From: Eledone cirrhosa
Taxonomy: Eukaryota
Direction of reading: 5' to 3'
DNA: 64,000 bases
Assembly: GCA_964016885.1 (NCBI GenBank)
Contig: OZ024741.1
Location: 191,332,001-191,396,000, forward strand
Under the pieces are notes generated by a model. It made no database searches and was not told where the DNA came from. It saw only the letters and a program-made list of their open reading frames with translations. The position numbers and the translations under genes are program-made. Positions 29,615 through 43,900 of this stretch are shown here, piece after piece; within the stretch, counting starts at the first letter, position 1; every line of letters starts with the position of its first letter.

Positions 29615-29929
29615 TACAAAATACGTTTTTACATTAAATGTTGATTTACGAATGTTTCGTCCCTTTCTTGGGACTTGTCAAAATCAGTTAAGATTAAAAA
29701 CCTCATTATAAACCTCACCAAAACACTCGACAGCCAATAGCCAAAGAAATTGTCTACATTTAAAAATTCAAAAAAAAGCCATAATGTAGGATAAATCTCT
29801 GCTGTCCAACTACAGAAATATAACGTCAAACCACTCTGTTACGTATGCATTTATGTCTTACACAAATATATATATACGCACACATACATAAATACACACA
29901 TATACCTACACATATATATATTCATACAT

Positions 29930-32005
29930 ATATACACACACACACACACACATATATAAAAAAACCCAAAAAACTCACGTATACTAATATATACATGCAC
30001 ATACATATATACACCCACATACATATATGCACACTCATACATGTATTCATAGATACAAACACATACATAAATAATTGTTTCTACTTTTGGCACGAGGCCA
30101 GCAATTATCCTAGTGTAATAAAGTACCAGTAATACACTGGAATAATTGCTGGCTTTGTGCCAAAAGTAGAAACAATTATTTATGTATGTATTTGTATCTA
30201 TGAATACATGTATGAGTGTGCATATATGTATGCGGGTGTATATATGTATGTGCATGCATGTATTAGTATATGTGAGATTTTTTGTTTTTTATATGTGCGT
30301 GTGTATATATGTATGTGTGTGTGTGTGTATATATATATGTAAAAAATGAAACGAAATTTCATTTCTCACTCTTAGTACGGCTGTTACTTAAATATAAGTA
30401 TGTACACGTACATACATATATGTATACAGACGTACAGTAGTATCTATATATACATACATGCACACATATATATATGTACGTATGGGTTTACCGAACATTT
30501 ATTATAATGCTCGGTTTGTTTGTAAACAAACAGCCCGAATTAAGTCGTACAGTGTTTAGCAACCATCGTTGCCCGTTTGTTCAACACTGACAAAGGAACG
30601 ATGTACTAGTTTCAAGCTTATTAGCTATCGTCCGCAACTCCCTCACCCATTTCTACTAATAGAATCATCCTCCTAGACACACACACACACACAGACACAT
30701 ACACACACACATACACAAGCACACAAATAAACATACATATCTCTACTTTCTTTATTTCAATAGAAAGTCTGAATTCTGACACCCCATCGAACCAGCCATA
30801 TTCACTGAACCATAACAATTCTCCCCATCCCATTTCTCTTGACCATTATCTTTTGTTTGGCAAAAAATTCTCTAAAAGGGTACAAAATAAATTCCCAAAT
30901 ACGGGTGCGAAATTTAATGAACTTGTTCACGTGACTGTAATAATTTCATTTATAACCAATCAAATTACATTTTTAAAAAAAGCCTTCGTGAGCCACTTTT
31001 GTTAAGTAAAAAAAAATTCAAACACAAATTTTGAGCAATATTCATAGTAGTTGAGTAAGAGAGTGTAACTGTGTGTCTATTGAAGATAGGGTAATATTTA
31101 TGAGATCTAGGGAAGCATTTATCTAAAGCTTTAAAAAATAAATGTGCTACAGGTGCCTTAATACTTAAGGATGCTGGGGGTGCATACCAAATTATAGATC
31201 TAGTTCTTACTTTTTTCAGTTGTTGTTTTTATATTCATTTTTATGATGATTATTCTGATTAATTTTATCATATTATTTGTGGTATAAAAACGAGGGTTGG
31301 TGAAATAAATCACTGCCACTATTGGAATTGAATAATCATATGTCGCATATCCAATCTCTTATATATGTTATCTGATGAAAACGTACTTAAACACCATTGT
31401 ACCTTTGAAATATATATAATAAAATATATATTTTGATTATGAGAATATTTTTCATTTATTCATATTTTGAATAATATATATATATATGTATACATATATG
31501 TATGTACGTGTACATACTTATATTTAAGTAACAGCCGTACTAAGAGTGAGAAATGAAATTTCGTTTCATTTTTTTCCGTTTATCGTTTTCGGTACCCCGG
31601 CCGATTAACTCACTCGATATGCAAATTAGGCTGCTCAGCCGTTAATATGCATAAGGAAAGTATATACTTTCAGACGTTCAATCATCTGGCAGAAAGGTAT
31701 ACGATGCTGACGATAGCTAATAAGCTTGAAACTAGTACATCGTTCCTGTGTCAGTGTTGAACAAAAGGGCAACGATGGTTGCTAAACACTGTACGGCTTA
31801 ATTCGGGATGTTTGTTTACAAACAAACCGAGCATTATAATAAATGTTCGGTAAACCCATACGTACATATATATATATGTGTGCATGTATGTATATATACA
31901 TACTACTGTATGTCTGTATACATATATGTATGTACGTGTACATACTTATATTTAAGTAACAGCCGTACTAAGAGTGAGAAATGAAATTTCGTTTCATTTT
32001 TTCCA

Positions 32006-32037
<32 letters not shown>

Positions 32038-32394
32038 CACACGCACATATAAAAAACAAAAAAACTCACGTATACTAATATATGCATGCACATACATATA
32101 TATACACCCGCATACATATATGCACACTCATACATGTATTCATAGATACAAACACATACATAAATAATTATTCCTACTTTTGGCACAAGGCCAGCAATTA
32201 TCTCTGTGTATTACTGGTACTTTATTACACTAGGATAATTGCTGGCCTCGTGCCAAAAGTAAAAACAATTATTTATGTATGTGTTTGTATCTATGAATAC
32301 ATGTATGAGTGTGCATATATGTATGTGGGTGTATATATGTATGTGCATGTATATATTAGTATACGTGAGTTTTTTTTTTTTATATGTGCGTGTG

Positions 32395-32442
<48 letters not shown>

Positions 32443-32700
32443 CACAAAAATGAAACGAAATTTCATTTCTCACTCTTAGTACGGCTGTTACTTAAATATA
32501 AGTATGTATACGTACATACATATATGTATACAGACGTACCGTAGTATGTATATATATATACATACATGCACACACATATATATATATATGTACGTATGGG
32601 TTTACCGAACATTTAATGAACTTGTTCACGTGACAGTCATAATTTCATTTATAACCAATCAAATTACATTTAAAAAAAAAGAAATTCAAACACAAACTAG
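29930..32700. repeat. Complex inverted/direct local duplication
   Basis: 31709-32420 is the reverse complement of 29930-30632. Each arm is itself a palindrome centred on two opposed SINE-A 3' ends (about 30122 and 32220). 32445-32612 repeats 30340-30500 and 32611-32670 repeats 30912-30980. Confidence 0.85.
31361..31429 (+). ncRNA. Minimal type I hammerhead ribozyme motif
   Basis: ATATATGTTAT-CTGATGA-AAAcGTAC..GTACcTTT-GAAA-T ATAT A-TA-ATAAAATATAT. Stem I pairs 10 of 11 positions; loop III is palindromic. Confidence 0.65.
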
Positions 32701-32769
32701 CGCGAAAGCTGATGTGCTTATTCACGTGACTGCATCAACCAACCAAGCTTCACTCATATATGAAAAAAC

Positions 32770-32929
32770 AACAAGATGACTACCAAAGGACATATTTAGC
32801 TTACTAATTAGAGGGTGGTTTCCGGGGAAGTAACTCCTCGAGAGATTTTCTAATTTCTCGAGGAGTTACTTCCCCTGAAACCACCCTCTAATTAGTAAGG
32901 TAAATATGTCCTTTGGCAGCCATCTTGTT
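32770..32929. repeat. 160-bp fold-back inverted repeat
   Basis: aacaagatgactaccaaaggacatatttagcttactaattagagggtggtttc...ctcgaga / tctcgag...gaaaccaccctctaattagtaaggtaaatatgtcctttggcagccatcttgtt. Confidence 0.9.
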
Positions 32930-33087
32930 ACCCATAGGCAGATCTCACACAATGCAGCCTCGACAGATGAATACTGCTTGATTATAGCTGACAACTGATG
33001 CAACCAGGACACCATAGTGAAATACCAATATATGGAACATTACATTATGTAACATTCTCTCCTTATTTTAATTTATATTCCTTTGAA

Positions 33088-33205
33088 GTTCCGATGAGCC
33101 GCTCTGTTTTTAAAATGTTAATTATTTTCAACTGAACCAGATCAATTATGATATATAGTCATCTGATCCAGAAATATTATATGGAGTAGCGAAACAATTG
33201 TAAAC
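33088..33205 (+). ncRNA. Hammerhead-like motif, U4C variant with long stem II
   Basis: GTT-CCGATGA-GCcGCTC...GAGTaGC-GAAA-C AATT G-TA-AAC. Confidence 0.5.
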
Positions 33206-34257
33206 GGACATTATTATTATTAATATTAATATTATTATTATTCTCTACATTCCTTACATCAAACTAAAATATGTTGACAATCTTTTAATAATGTCTTCCT
33301 TGTGAAATTTGTGGTCATGTTTTGCTTAACTAATGAATATTTCCAGCTCTGCGCGCCTAACTTCTGCATGAACCCAGTCACCTAGCTGCTTTCTACTGCA
33401 TATTGCACATTGAGCACATGCCTTTACGCTTTGGCTTCTAACTAATTCACCAATCTCTCCTCTCCTATCTCTTCTCCTATCTCCATCTCTCTCTTTAAGA
33501 TTGGTTACTCTTGAACTGTGTGTATATATATTTATATATTAGGATTGGTGCTCTGAAATAACGATGTATACATGAATGTATGTATAGTATATTTGGCAAT
33601 ATACCGTATGTTTAATTAAACACATTTTGAAGACCTTGTGCAATCATTTTTACAGTAGTGACTATGCCATTAATCGCTTGTATATGGGAGACTGACTGGC
33701 CAGTCTGCTGATATGCTAATCAGGCTGATCAGTGGATCTGCTAATATGCAGATCTGACTGATCAGCCAGTCTGGTAATATGCAAATCAGGCCGATCAGTC
33801 ACTGTATATTTTAGAAAATATCATATATTTTCACTAGCTCTGACAATTGGTAGGTGAACAGTGAACTGTACTGAAGAAGGGTAATACTGCAGTTCTGTTT
33901 ACATGCCAACACAAGAGGAAGAATGAAAGGTTCATTCTACTGACATGGACCCATAATTCCTGTAAGAGTCATAGGGGCACTGTTGTGATATATGGCATGT
34001 CTGGACATTTAAAACCTGACAGAGCCCATCCCTTTCCAAGTCTGAACACAGGCAATTTCTTCCTGAGAACGGAAAAGAGAGTGAGAAAGAGGAAGAAATA
34101 TAGAGAAAGAATCGAGTGGTACTTTATCAACCTTGAAAGAATGAAAGGCAAAACTGACCTTGGCAGGAATTTAACTCAGAGCCCAAAGAGCCAGAACAAA
34201 TTCCATAAAATATTCTGCTCAACATTTTAATGACTCTACTATTTCAGTGCTTTAAAA

Positions 34258-34450
34258 TGATAATTGTTTCTACTTTAGGCACAAGGCCAGAAATTACCCA
34301 GTACATTACTGGTACTTTAATTTTATCGACCCCGTAAGGATGAAAGGCAAAGTTAACCTCGGCGGGATTTGAACTCAGAATGGCAAGGGCCGTAACTCTA
34401 TACGTCAAAGCATGGCGTCCGACCCTCTACCGATACTGCTAATCCACCGA
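34258..34450 (-). mobile_element. SINE family A (related copies at 34115-34240, 35065-35270, 35497-35567, 49960-50090)
   Basis: Reverse complement of 14695-14880. Confidence 0.88.
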
Positions 34451-34954
34451 ATGATAATGATGATGAAGTAATATTTGAATCTTTATTGATATTCAAAACT
34501 TAATAAAATAAAATATAAAAATTAAAAGAAAGCAGTATTTATTTTAATAAGAAGCAACATTCAAAACTTATCTCAATATTTTCTTTGCAATTGCATACAT
34601 AATCATAATGTTTTGAATTCAGTTTTATCTATAGTTAGGTAGCTATTACTAGTTACACCATTTCTAAATATAAACTTAATATTAGTCTATTCAGTTAAGT
34701 AGAACTTTTCTTCAAATATTTGTAAGGTAAAATACTATTGTTATTGTTATTGTCGATGCTGTTGTTGCTAATAGCTTGACTGTTTTTACAGCTGAGTGTT
34801 AAAACCCAGTGAATCATTTACATCAAATGATTTGTTTTTGTTTGTTTTTTTCATTTTAGAATGTTAATAATAGTATTTGACGTTTGTTGTACTTCCAGTA
34901 TTTACCAAGTATATTCTTGAACCGATTGGATAATTCTGGCACAGTGACATCTCT

Positions 34955-35004
<50 letters not shown>

Positions 35005-35569
35005 TGTAGTAGTAGTAGTAGTAGTGGTGGTGGTGGTGGTGGTGGTAGAAGTAATGATAGTATCTAACATTGGCACAAGGCCAGTAATTTGCGGGAAGAG
35101 GAGAGTTAATTATATTGACCCCAGTACTTAACTAGTACTTTATTTTATCAGCCCCGGAAGAATGAAAAGCAAAGTTGACCACAGCAGGATTTGAAATCAA
35201 AAGATAGACAGTTCTAAGGAAATACTGTAAGGCATTTCATCTGATGCTCTAACAACTCTGCCAATCTACTGTTCTAAACAATCATCATCATCATTGATTA
35301 ACATCTATCTTCCACGCTTGCACGGGTTTGTCCCATTTAGAGGCAAGTTGGGTCAGGTTACCAAATAAAGTACTATCAATACAATAGAAACAACATCAGC
35401 AAAACTACACTGTTCATACCCAAGGTGCACAGAACTGTGTTTGGTAAAGCAGTAATTATGCACAATAAAAATAATAATGGAAATAATAATAATAATAATA
35501 ATTGTTTCCACTTTTGGCACAAGGCCAGCAATTACCTAGTACATTACTGGTACTTTATTTTATCGACCA

Positions 35570-38500
35570 CAAGCATTAACATGAAGAAAAACATTACAGA
35601 CAGCACAGAACGGTACAGGACGATACAAAGTGGGTTTGGGCCGTGTAAAATGTTAAAACAAGAAGATAGAAATGTGTAAAAACAAATAAAAAATTTCAAA
35701 CAATAAAAATTCCCCAATAGTGGGGAAACCTCCGAGGGTCACTCGTGGTGAAAACCACACAAAAGACCACGGCCACCCTGAGGGCAAGCACCCTCTCTCA
35801 GTTTTCCACTCCTCAGTCTACAGACGCATATTCAGAGCGGGCCCGTTCACTCGGACCAGACACGCCACTTTCACCCACCTTTCAACAAACTTATTTGAAG
35901 ACAACACTTGTCTCTCCACCCTGATTTTCCTCTTCAAGTGAAATTTGAAAAAATTAATCAGGGATTGGCCAGAGAGGAAAGTGTCTGTCTTCAACCCTTT
36001 CAACCTTGTCCACCATACAATCTCTTTCGTCGTGGCCACCAGGCAGATGAAAACTGCCTGCCCTTCCTCCTCCTTAAAGAGGACTGCGGGGATATCAGCA
36101 CAATGGACTTAGTCGATAACCAGATCCATCCTACATGCAGCAGAAACTGTTCGACATAGCCCCACAAGTCAGCAATGCTCGGGCACTAAACGAGTGCATG
36201 CACGACCATTTCGTTGCCCTGCATGCATCTTGGACAGGTTCGGCTAACGGCACTTCTGTGCCTGTAGAGCTTATCTCAAACTGGCACCGCTCCCCGGTAG
36301 CATTGCCAGGCCAGAGGTTTCTGGAAGTTGTCCATAGGCTCCGGGCTGAAAGTTCTCTTGAAGAGAGCGAACAGCTGATTGTCTTTGGCGCCCAGAACGT
36401 CGTCACTCTTCTCCTCCACTAGTCCACTATAGAACACCGTGGTGGATGTTCCACCATTACTAGTGCCCAACTGGTAGAAGGCTGTGAGCACTTTGAGACA
36501 TTCCAGCTTCCAAAAGCTATCCTTCGGTCTTTTCCTGATCCAGGGTTGCAGCTCCGTTAATGAGATGAACTGGGGAAAAACACGTCTGGCGACCACACCT
36601 ATTCACCGTCAATGAAGCACCAGAGATGTCCCAGCCTCAGCGCGTGTCTGTGCATCATCAGCCATGGCATGCCGAATCCTCCATGCAATGGGTGCTGACA
36701 GCAGATGGGTCGTCTGACCATAGGAGCACGTCCCTTCCATAAAAAGCGGAAGAGGAGGCACCCCCATTTTGGTCAGAGTTGGGCCAGGGCAAGACGGATG
36801 CTATGAATGCATTCACCACCTCCATCCGACCTTTCAGGGACAGCTTCTTCTCGGCCCATTTCTGGGTGAGAGAGGCCACCCTGCTCATCACCTCACTCCA
36901 GTTTTTCTCCATCTGGTGGTCTGAACTGAACCAGACCCTGAGCAATTTAACCGGTCCTTCTGTCCAGCGCCACACGATGCTGTCGGACGACATGGACTTG
37001 CCTCTCCAGGTGCCGAGCTGCAAGCCCACCAACTTTTCCTGGTTTAACTTTGCTCCTGTCACTGCTTCATATTCCTTGAGAGCGGTGCCGAGCATCTCGA
37101 CATGTTCGGTGCTTGACACCACGACAGTGACGTTGTCGGTGTAGGTCGATACGGATCTCCCACATCCCAGTTCACGTGGAATGCCTCTCATCGCCTACAA
37201 TTTGTGCAGTAACGGCTTGAGGGCCAATACGTACAACAGAGACTAGAGGGGACAATCCCGGTGGACTGAGCGCATGATGCTGAACGTCTATGACAGGTGA
37301 CCATTCACCCACACAACTGAGCAGATGTTGCTGTGCAATCACCGCAATCCAATCCCTGAAAACGGGCCCAAAGTCAGCAGCCTCGAGGACTGCCACCAGG
37401 TACCGATGGTCAACCCTATCAAATGCCTTAGATTGATCCAAGTAGATCAGGGCCCCACCCATGCCAGGTTCTTTAACCACCCTCTCTATGATGTATCGCA
37501 TGAGGTGGAGGTGGTTGTGGATGGATCTGTCTGGAATGGTGCATGTCTGCGCCTCTCCCACAAGATCACCGACGACAAGCACCAATCTCGTTGCTAACAC
37601 CTTGGCAAAACTCTTGAACTCTGCATTTAGCAGAGTTATAGGCCTGAAGTTGTCTATAATATCCCCCTTGCTCGGGTCTTTTCTCCACAGCACAACTGTT
37701 CACCGGCTCATAAAACTGGGAATGCTCCCGTTCTGCTGCCAGGCGCAGTAGACATCTGCCAAAAGATCACCGAACAAGTCTGGCATGTAGGCATAAAGCT
37801 TGTAGGGCAGACCACCTGAACCTGGCGATTTACCCTTCGAGCAGTCAGACATCGCTTCCCGTATTTCACCTGCTGTTATCGGCTTTTCGCAACACTGAAC
37901 TGTGGCAGTCCGTCGAGGTATGCACTGTAGTTCATACACCGATCCGGCCCGCCACTGCTCCCAAACAGTTGAGCAAAGTGCAGCTGAAAAGCCTCACACA
38001 TCTCGGGTTCGAGTAGCATGCGCCCGCTTTGGTCAGGCAAAGACCGAATTGTGGGTTTGTTTCCACGTTGCTCTTCCACCACCGAGGCCATTGGACGGCT
38101 TTTGTCCCTTCGTTTCTCAGAACATGCGCTCTAGCTCTGACAACGCAGCCTTTGTGCTTTGTGTTGAAGAATTGGTCGAGTGCCAATCTCGCCACAAGCA
38201 CGTCAGTTGCGATGCCTGTCCTAAACGCCTCTTCTAGATTTCTAACTAGTTCTCCCTCTACTCTATTTTCCTCTATCTCTACCCCTTTGCTAAACCTCAT
38301 CGATTCTACTCTAATTGTCCTTTTCAGGGTAAACCACCACCTGTTGTTGACAATCACACCCGTCAACGCAAGCTTAGCCAATTCACTTATTTGGTCTCTG
38401 TAAGCTTTGCACGCCGGGAATGACTCATTCAGCTTTCAGTAACCGGGTTCTTGCCTATGAAGTCTATCTAAGTCGACTTCACAGATTACAAATTTGTGGT

Positions 38501-40690
38501 CCGTGTAGTCGACTACTTTAAATTGTGGACAACCTACACTAGCCTTATCTGTTTCCCTACAGAATACCCTATCTAAATACTATCTAGATAACCCGATGCA
38601 GTTTGCCCATGTCCTCATTGGTACTTTCGGAGAATCCAGTCGATACCTGTCAGAAAACGTCTGAGCAGATTGGTGAGGCTTTTACATCCTCCTCTCCTAT
38701 CTACTAGCCCCACATAATCCCAACGTGCATCTAAGATACCATTCGAGTTGGCCTCTAACACTAAAGAGTAGGATGTTTCCAGAAAGATCTCTAGACATCT
38801 GAAGAAATCTGGCCGTCCTGCCCCTGCTGGGGCATAGACAGCTACTAGCCTGAAAGCATTGCTGTTGTTAACGGTCACGTCCAACACCACTGGCTTTTCT
38901 TTTGGGTCCAGGAAGATGGCTCATATGGCGAGATCCAAGCATCTCTGAAAAAACACAAAAACTCCGCCCCGCTCCCGGATGGCTGGGAGATGCGTATACA
39001 TCATAGCCACCGAATATCAGTGTGTAGTCTCGTGCTTCGGAGTTTCTGGTCTCGCTGATGGCCACATCAGTGTTTAATGACCTGAGGTCGTTAAGCAGGC
39101 AGCCCTGCTTCCGAGATGACCTCAGGCCACGTACATTGCCTATTGTAAGGCCATGTTGAGTGAGGAATGGGGTAAGTGAGAAAAGATCACCTGCCTTGAT
39201 CGTGTGGGAAAGGGACAGTCGAACCGCCCCTTTGGATGGTCATGGGTGTCTCCAAGATAATGTCCATGTATATTCCCTTGGTAACCAACCCTCTGAAGTT
39301 CACAACTGCGTTGGGGAATTTTTGTTTTAAATGTTTATAATGTTCCAGTTTAATCTCGATAATGTTTATATTTTTTGGTAATGTTCTTGGTGTTGGTGGG
39401 GTGTAGTAATTTTTGTCTGTAATGCCTGTGTGCTGCTTTATATGTTCCATGAGTTCTTTATTTGCTATGTTTGTGGCTGTGTAAATTTTTTTGGTGGGTG
39501 GAGTTGGTTTTGTTGCTGTTTTCTTGTTGCTGCTGTTGGGTGTGTGTGCTTTTTGTGTTTGCAATGTTGGTGTTTGTGATGTGGTTGTTGGTGGTGGTGA
39601 TGGTGATGGTGGTGGTGTTGCTGCAAGTCGTTTTGCACCCTTTACCCCTCTTTGTTTGCCCTCGCTTTTGGAGGGGTTCTTCCTTTTCTTTTTGTGGCGG
39701 ACCTTTTTCCACCCCACTCCGGCCTCACACGCCATGTCGGATTCCATGGGGTTTGGGAGGGGTTTGAGCTCCACAGCTGTTGGTGGTGGTAGTGGAGCCC
39801 GATCCGGCGATTTTGCTGCTGGTGTAGCTACTGCAACTGTTGGTGTTGCCACCGCTGCTGCCGCTGTTTTAGTTGTCTGTGGTATGGGTGCCACGGACGT
39901 TGCCCTCTTACTCACCATGGAAGGTTCTGATGCCTCTGCTGCCTGCCTTGCTCCGGGTAGCAGCAGACCAGGTATAGGAAGGAAGGGGGCCTTCTTCTTT
40001 GCTATCTTCTGACCCTTTGATCCACAGAGATAGCACTTTTGGCACCTTCCTTCCATGCTTATAATGAGTTGAACTCCTTCTTCGAGGTCTATAACGTCCG
40101 ATGTAGCCTCCGTACACTCCTGGTCTGTTTGGATTAGCATTTGCATTCCAATACCTGTCCAGTTCTCCCTACCTATCCTCTGCACTTGAAAACATGGTCA
40201 TCCTGTCCTCGATTCTAGCAAGGACAGATGCAGCCAGCCAAGTTATGGGTAGGTCGGGTATAACCTGGGTCACTTTGACCCTCACAATCTTCTGCCTGCT
40301 GTAGGAGGGTACCAAATCTATCTCCTCACTCTTTAGGGCTACCAAAAAGTGAGACTTCGCCTCTTGAGGGGTGGTAAAAGGTACATCAATGGTGGCATAC
40401 TTTTCGCCTTGGGTGATGTATTCCAAGGCCTATGGAATTTGAGCCTCCATGGCTCTCTCCACCCGATGTGCTTTTTTGCTTATTGTGCGGTCCGCAGCTG
40501 TTGATCTTTGAAAAACTCTGGTGGAGGTTTTAGGGAGACTCTTTTCTTTTCTAGTCAATGCTGTCTTGTTAACATGTTGACAAAGTCCTCCTATCTATGT
40601 GTTGTTTGACAGCGCTCTCTCTCTTTTTCTTGTGGTCTCCATGTTCGAACAAATTTTTTTCCAGTGAAATTTTACAGAGTACGCCCACCC
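35570..40690 (-). mobile_element. Near full-length Tx1/L1-clade LINE (ORF1 + APE-RT ORF2), pseudogenised
   Basis: ORF1 has a degenerate zinc knuckle (CYLCGSKG) and a basic/Pro-rich tail. ORF2 has AISET, FRLVAVYAP, KSPG, NFRPITLLNAEFK, DQSKAFDRVDH, TYTDNVT (YADD-like), KLSLKGR and a C-terminal Cys/His motif. Many frameshifts. Confidence 0.85.
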
Positions 40691-40856
40691 CCTAAAGGGG
40701 TGTCGTATTATTTACGAATGAACCCCCTGTGTTAAGTGGGTCACTTTTTCTAAACTCTTATCAAGTTTAAAACTTGAATAAAAGGTTGGAAACGGTTGAA
40801 ATAGATGTATACAGTGGAAAAAAACTGGAGCCGAAAAGAAGCGTGGCTTCACCTTC

Positions 40857-40907
<51 letters not shown>

Positions 40908-43900
40908 TCTCCCTGGCCCTGCAGCAGGGACCTGACTGTCATCCAATACTGCTGGTGTTGGAGGAAGAAGAAGGAATGTGGCAAGAACCAACTGGATGAA
41001 AGAATTGAATAAAAGTGTCATGAAATGCTACCTGAAGAGTAACCCCATGGAAAAAGACTATAGGAAACGGATGCATCAAATCTGGAATGAGGTTGGTCTA
41101 TTTAAATGAGGTGAACAAAATTGGCGGGTCAGGCTCGTGTAATAATAACTAATGGCTGGATAAGCGAGTTGGAACTGGAGGAACTGAGCAGAGAGATTGA
41201 GTTGGAGATAGAGAGTGCAAATGAGCCAGTGGGAAATGAGGGTGAAGAGGTTGAGAGACCTGAGGGAGCAGCCAAAGCAGACAATGACCTGAATGCTGAA
41301 ATAAATAACATCTGGCACAAAGATACGGCCATTGAGGAAATGGATGCTGACGGGCTAGGGCAAGATTTTGTTGATATTCTGAACTTAGTGGTAGATGAAA
41401 TGAACAATGATAGTGGGAAATCTATGAACCTAAGATTTGTAGACAGGAAAAAGTTAAAAGAAACAACAGCTAAGGTAAACAAAGTCATCCCATACCTTGA
41501 GGCGAGGAGCCTTCACCAGTGCAACAATATCCTCAAAGCAACAGTAAATGCGGTGAGGAAATTACTTGGCATAAAAGCGAGAGGAAGCAACACACAAGAA
41601 AGAACAGAGCCTTGGTGGAAGAAATGACTGAAAGGTCAAATCAAGGAAATGAGAAAAGACATTGGAAAGCTTGGTCTTTACTAAATGGGACATTACAAAA
41701 CTAAAGATAGTTTGAAAATAAAATAGCACTAAGGTAAAAGAACTAAATGTTACAGAGAAACTGAAGCAATGCATAGTAGCAAAAAGCGCAAAAATTAAGC
41801 GATATAAGAACAGAGTTAGTCAGTATAGACAGAACCGCATGTTTGACAACAACCAGAAGATGTTATTTGAACAGCTTGAGGGAAAGAAAGAAGTAACAAC
41901 GTGATCCCTGAAGCTGAATAGACTAAGGCATTCTGGAGAGGAATATGAGAGCAGGATGTTGAACATGATAGTCTGGCAGTGTGGATTGAGACAGTTTAAA
42001 AGAAGATTAGTGAACAAGCACACCAACAACCTGATTTGAGTATCACGGCTGAAACTCTTTAAAAGTAGGCCAATGAACTAACCAACTGGAAACCACCAGC
42101 CCCAGATGGTGTGCAGGGATATTGGATAAAAAATACAAACATCCCTCCACCCAAAACTGACAGCCATGTTCAATTACTGCTTGATGTTGGGTGAAGTACC
42201 AGAGTGGTTGACAAAAGGTACCACAGTTCTGGTAATGAAAGACCAAATCAAGGGTAATGAGGCTACCAACTATAGGCCTATTACATGTCTGTCTGTAATG
42301 TGGAAACTGTTAACAAGCATTGTGTCTGAGGAAATCTACTATCATCTCCACATAAACATCTTATTGCCGGATGAACAGAAAGGATGCTGAAAGAAGTCCC
42401 ATGGTACAAAAGATCAGTTACTTATTGACAAGATGGTAATAAGGAATTGCAAGAGGAGGCATACTGGTCTTGCCTTGGGATGAATAGACTACAAGAAGGC
42501 ATTTGACATGGTTCCTCATTCTTGGATAACCAAAAGCCTAGAGGTCTTCAAGGTGGCAGACAACATCAGAGAGATATTAAGTAATAGTATAAAGTCCTGG
42601 GAAACAGCTAACACCAGGTGGAGAATGCATGGGAGGTGTGAAGATCAAGAGAGGTATCTTTCAAGCAGATAGTTTGTCCCTTTTATTGTTTGTCCTTACC
42701 CTCATACCCTTGTCCCTAATATTGTGAAAAGTGAAAGCAGGATACAAACGGGGAAGAAGAGAGCTTACCACCAACCACCTCCTCTTCATGGACGATCTAA
42801 AACTCTTTGGGAAAAGTGAGGCGTTGGATGTACTTGTTGACACTGTCCGTATTTTCAGCAATGATATATGTATGGAATTTGGTGTTAATAAGTGTGGAGT
42901 CCTAGTAATGAAGAGGGGTAAATTGAGCAGAAGCAACAGAATCCAGATACTAACAGGTGAGATGATAAAGGAAATCGACACAAAAGAGGGATACAAATAT
43001 TTGGGTGTTCTAGAGGCAGATGACATCAAGAACAATAACATGAAGGAATTGAAAAGATCTGAATACATAAGGAGAGTAAGGAACATACTAAAATCACATC
43101 TAAATAGTAGGAATGTCATAAGTGCAGTAAATTCCTGAGCTGTGTCTATTATTAGATACAGTGCGGGAATTCTGAGATGAAATGTTGCTGAACAAAAAGA
43201 AATGGATAGGAAGACTAGGAAGCTATTGACTATCTACAACATGTTCCACAAGAGGAGTGATGTCGATAGACTCTACTAAAGGAGATCTGAAGGTGGAAGA
43301 GGTCTTATCAGCATAGAGGACTGTGTTGAGATGGAGAAAAACAACCTACACAAATACGTGACTGATAGTAAGGAGCCAATGCTCAGAACTGTACTGAAGG
43401 AGAGGACAATAGACCAGGGGATGTCCAGGGAGGAAATAACAACAAGGAGAAAGAGCAGTACCTTCTTTGAGAAAACTGAATTCAGAGATCCACAGACATG
43501 GAACTGGTTGAAAAGAGGAGACCTTAAAAAGGCTACATGGATTGGCAGTATCGGTAGAGGGTCGGATGCCATGCTTTCCAGCATAGTTACGTCCCTTTAC
43601 GATCTGAGTTCAAATCCCGCCGAGGTTGACTTTGCCTTTCATCCTTACAGGGTCGATAAAATAAAGTACCAGTAATGCACTGGGTAATTGCTGGCCTTGT
43701 GCCTAAAGTAGAAACAATTATTAGGTACAGTGCGGGAATTCTGAAATGGAATGTTACTGAACAATAAGAAATGGATAGAAAAACTAGGAAGCTAATGACT
43801 ACCTACAGCATGTTCCGCAAAAGGAGTGATGTTAATAGACTCTACTTAAAGAGATCTGAAGGTGGAAGAGGTCTTATCAGCGTAGAGGACTGTGTTCAGA

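Noticed and set aside
34850-34960. Possible additional host exon after a strong polypyrimidine tract (tcattttag)
   Set aside because: No PLAT similarity and stops follow. The 12809 and 50196 exons already join in phase.
39462-40012. Plus-strand ORFs of 101-173 aa (also 58445-59312)
   Set aside because: Antisense shadows of low-complexity retroelement ORF1 sequences.
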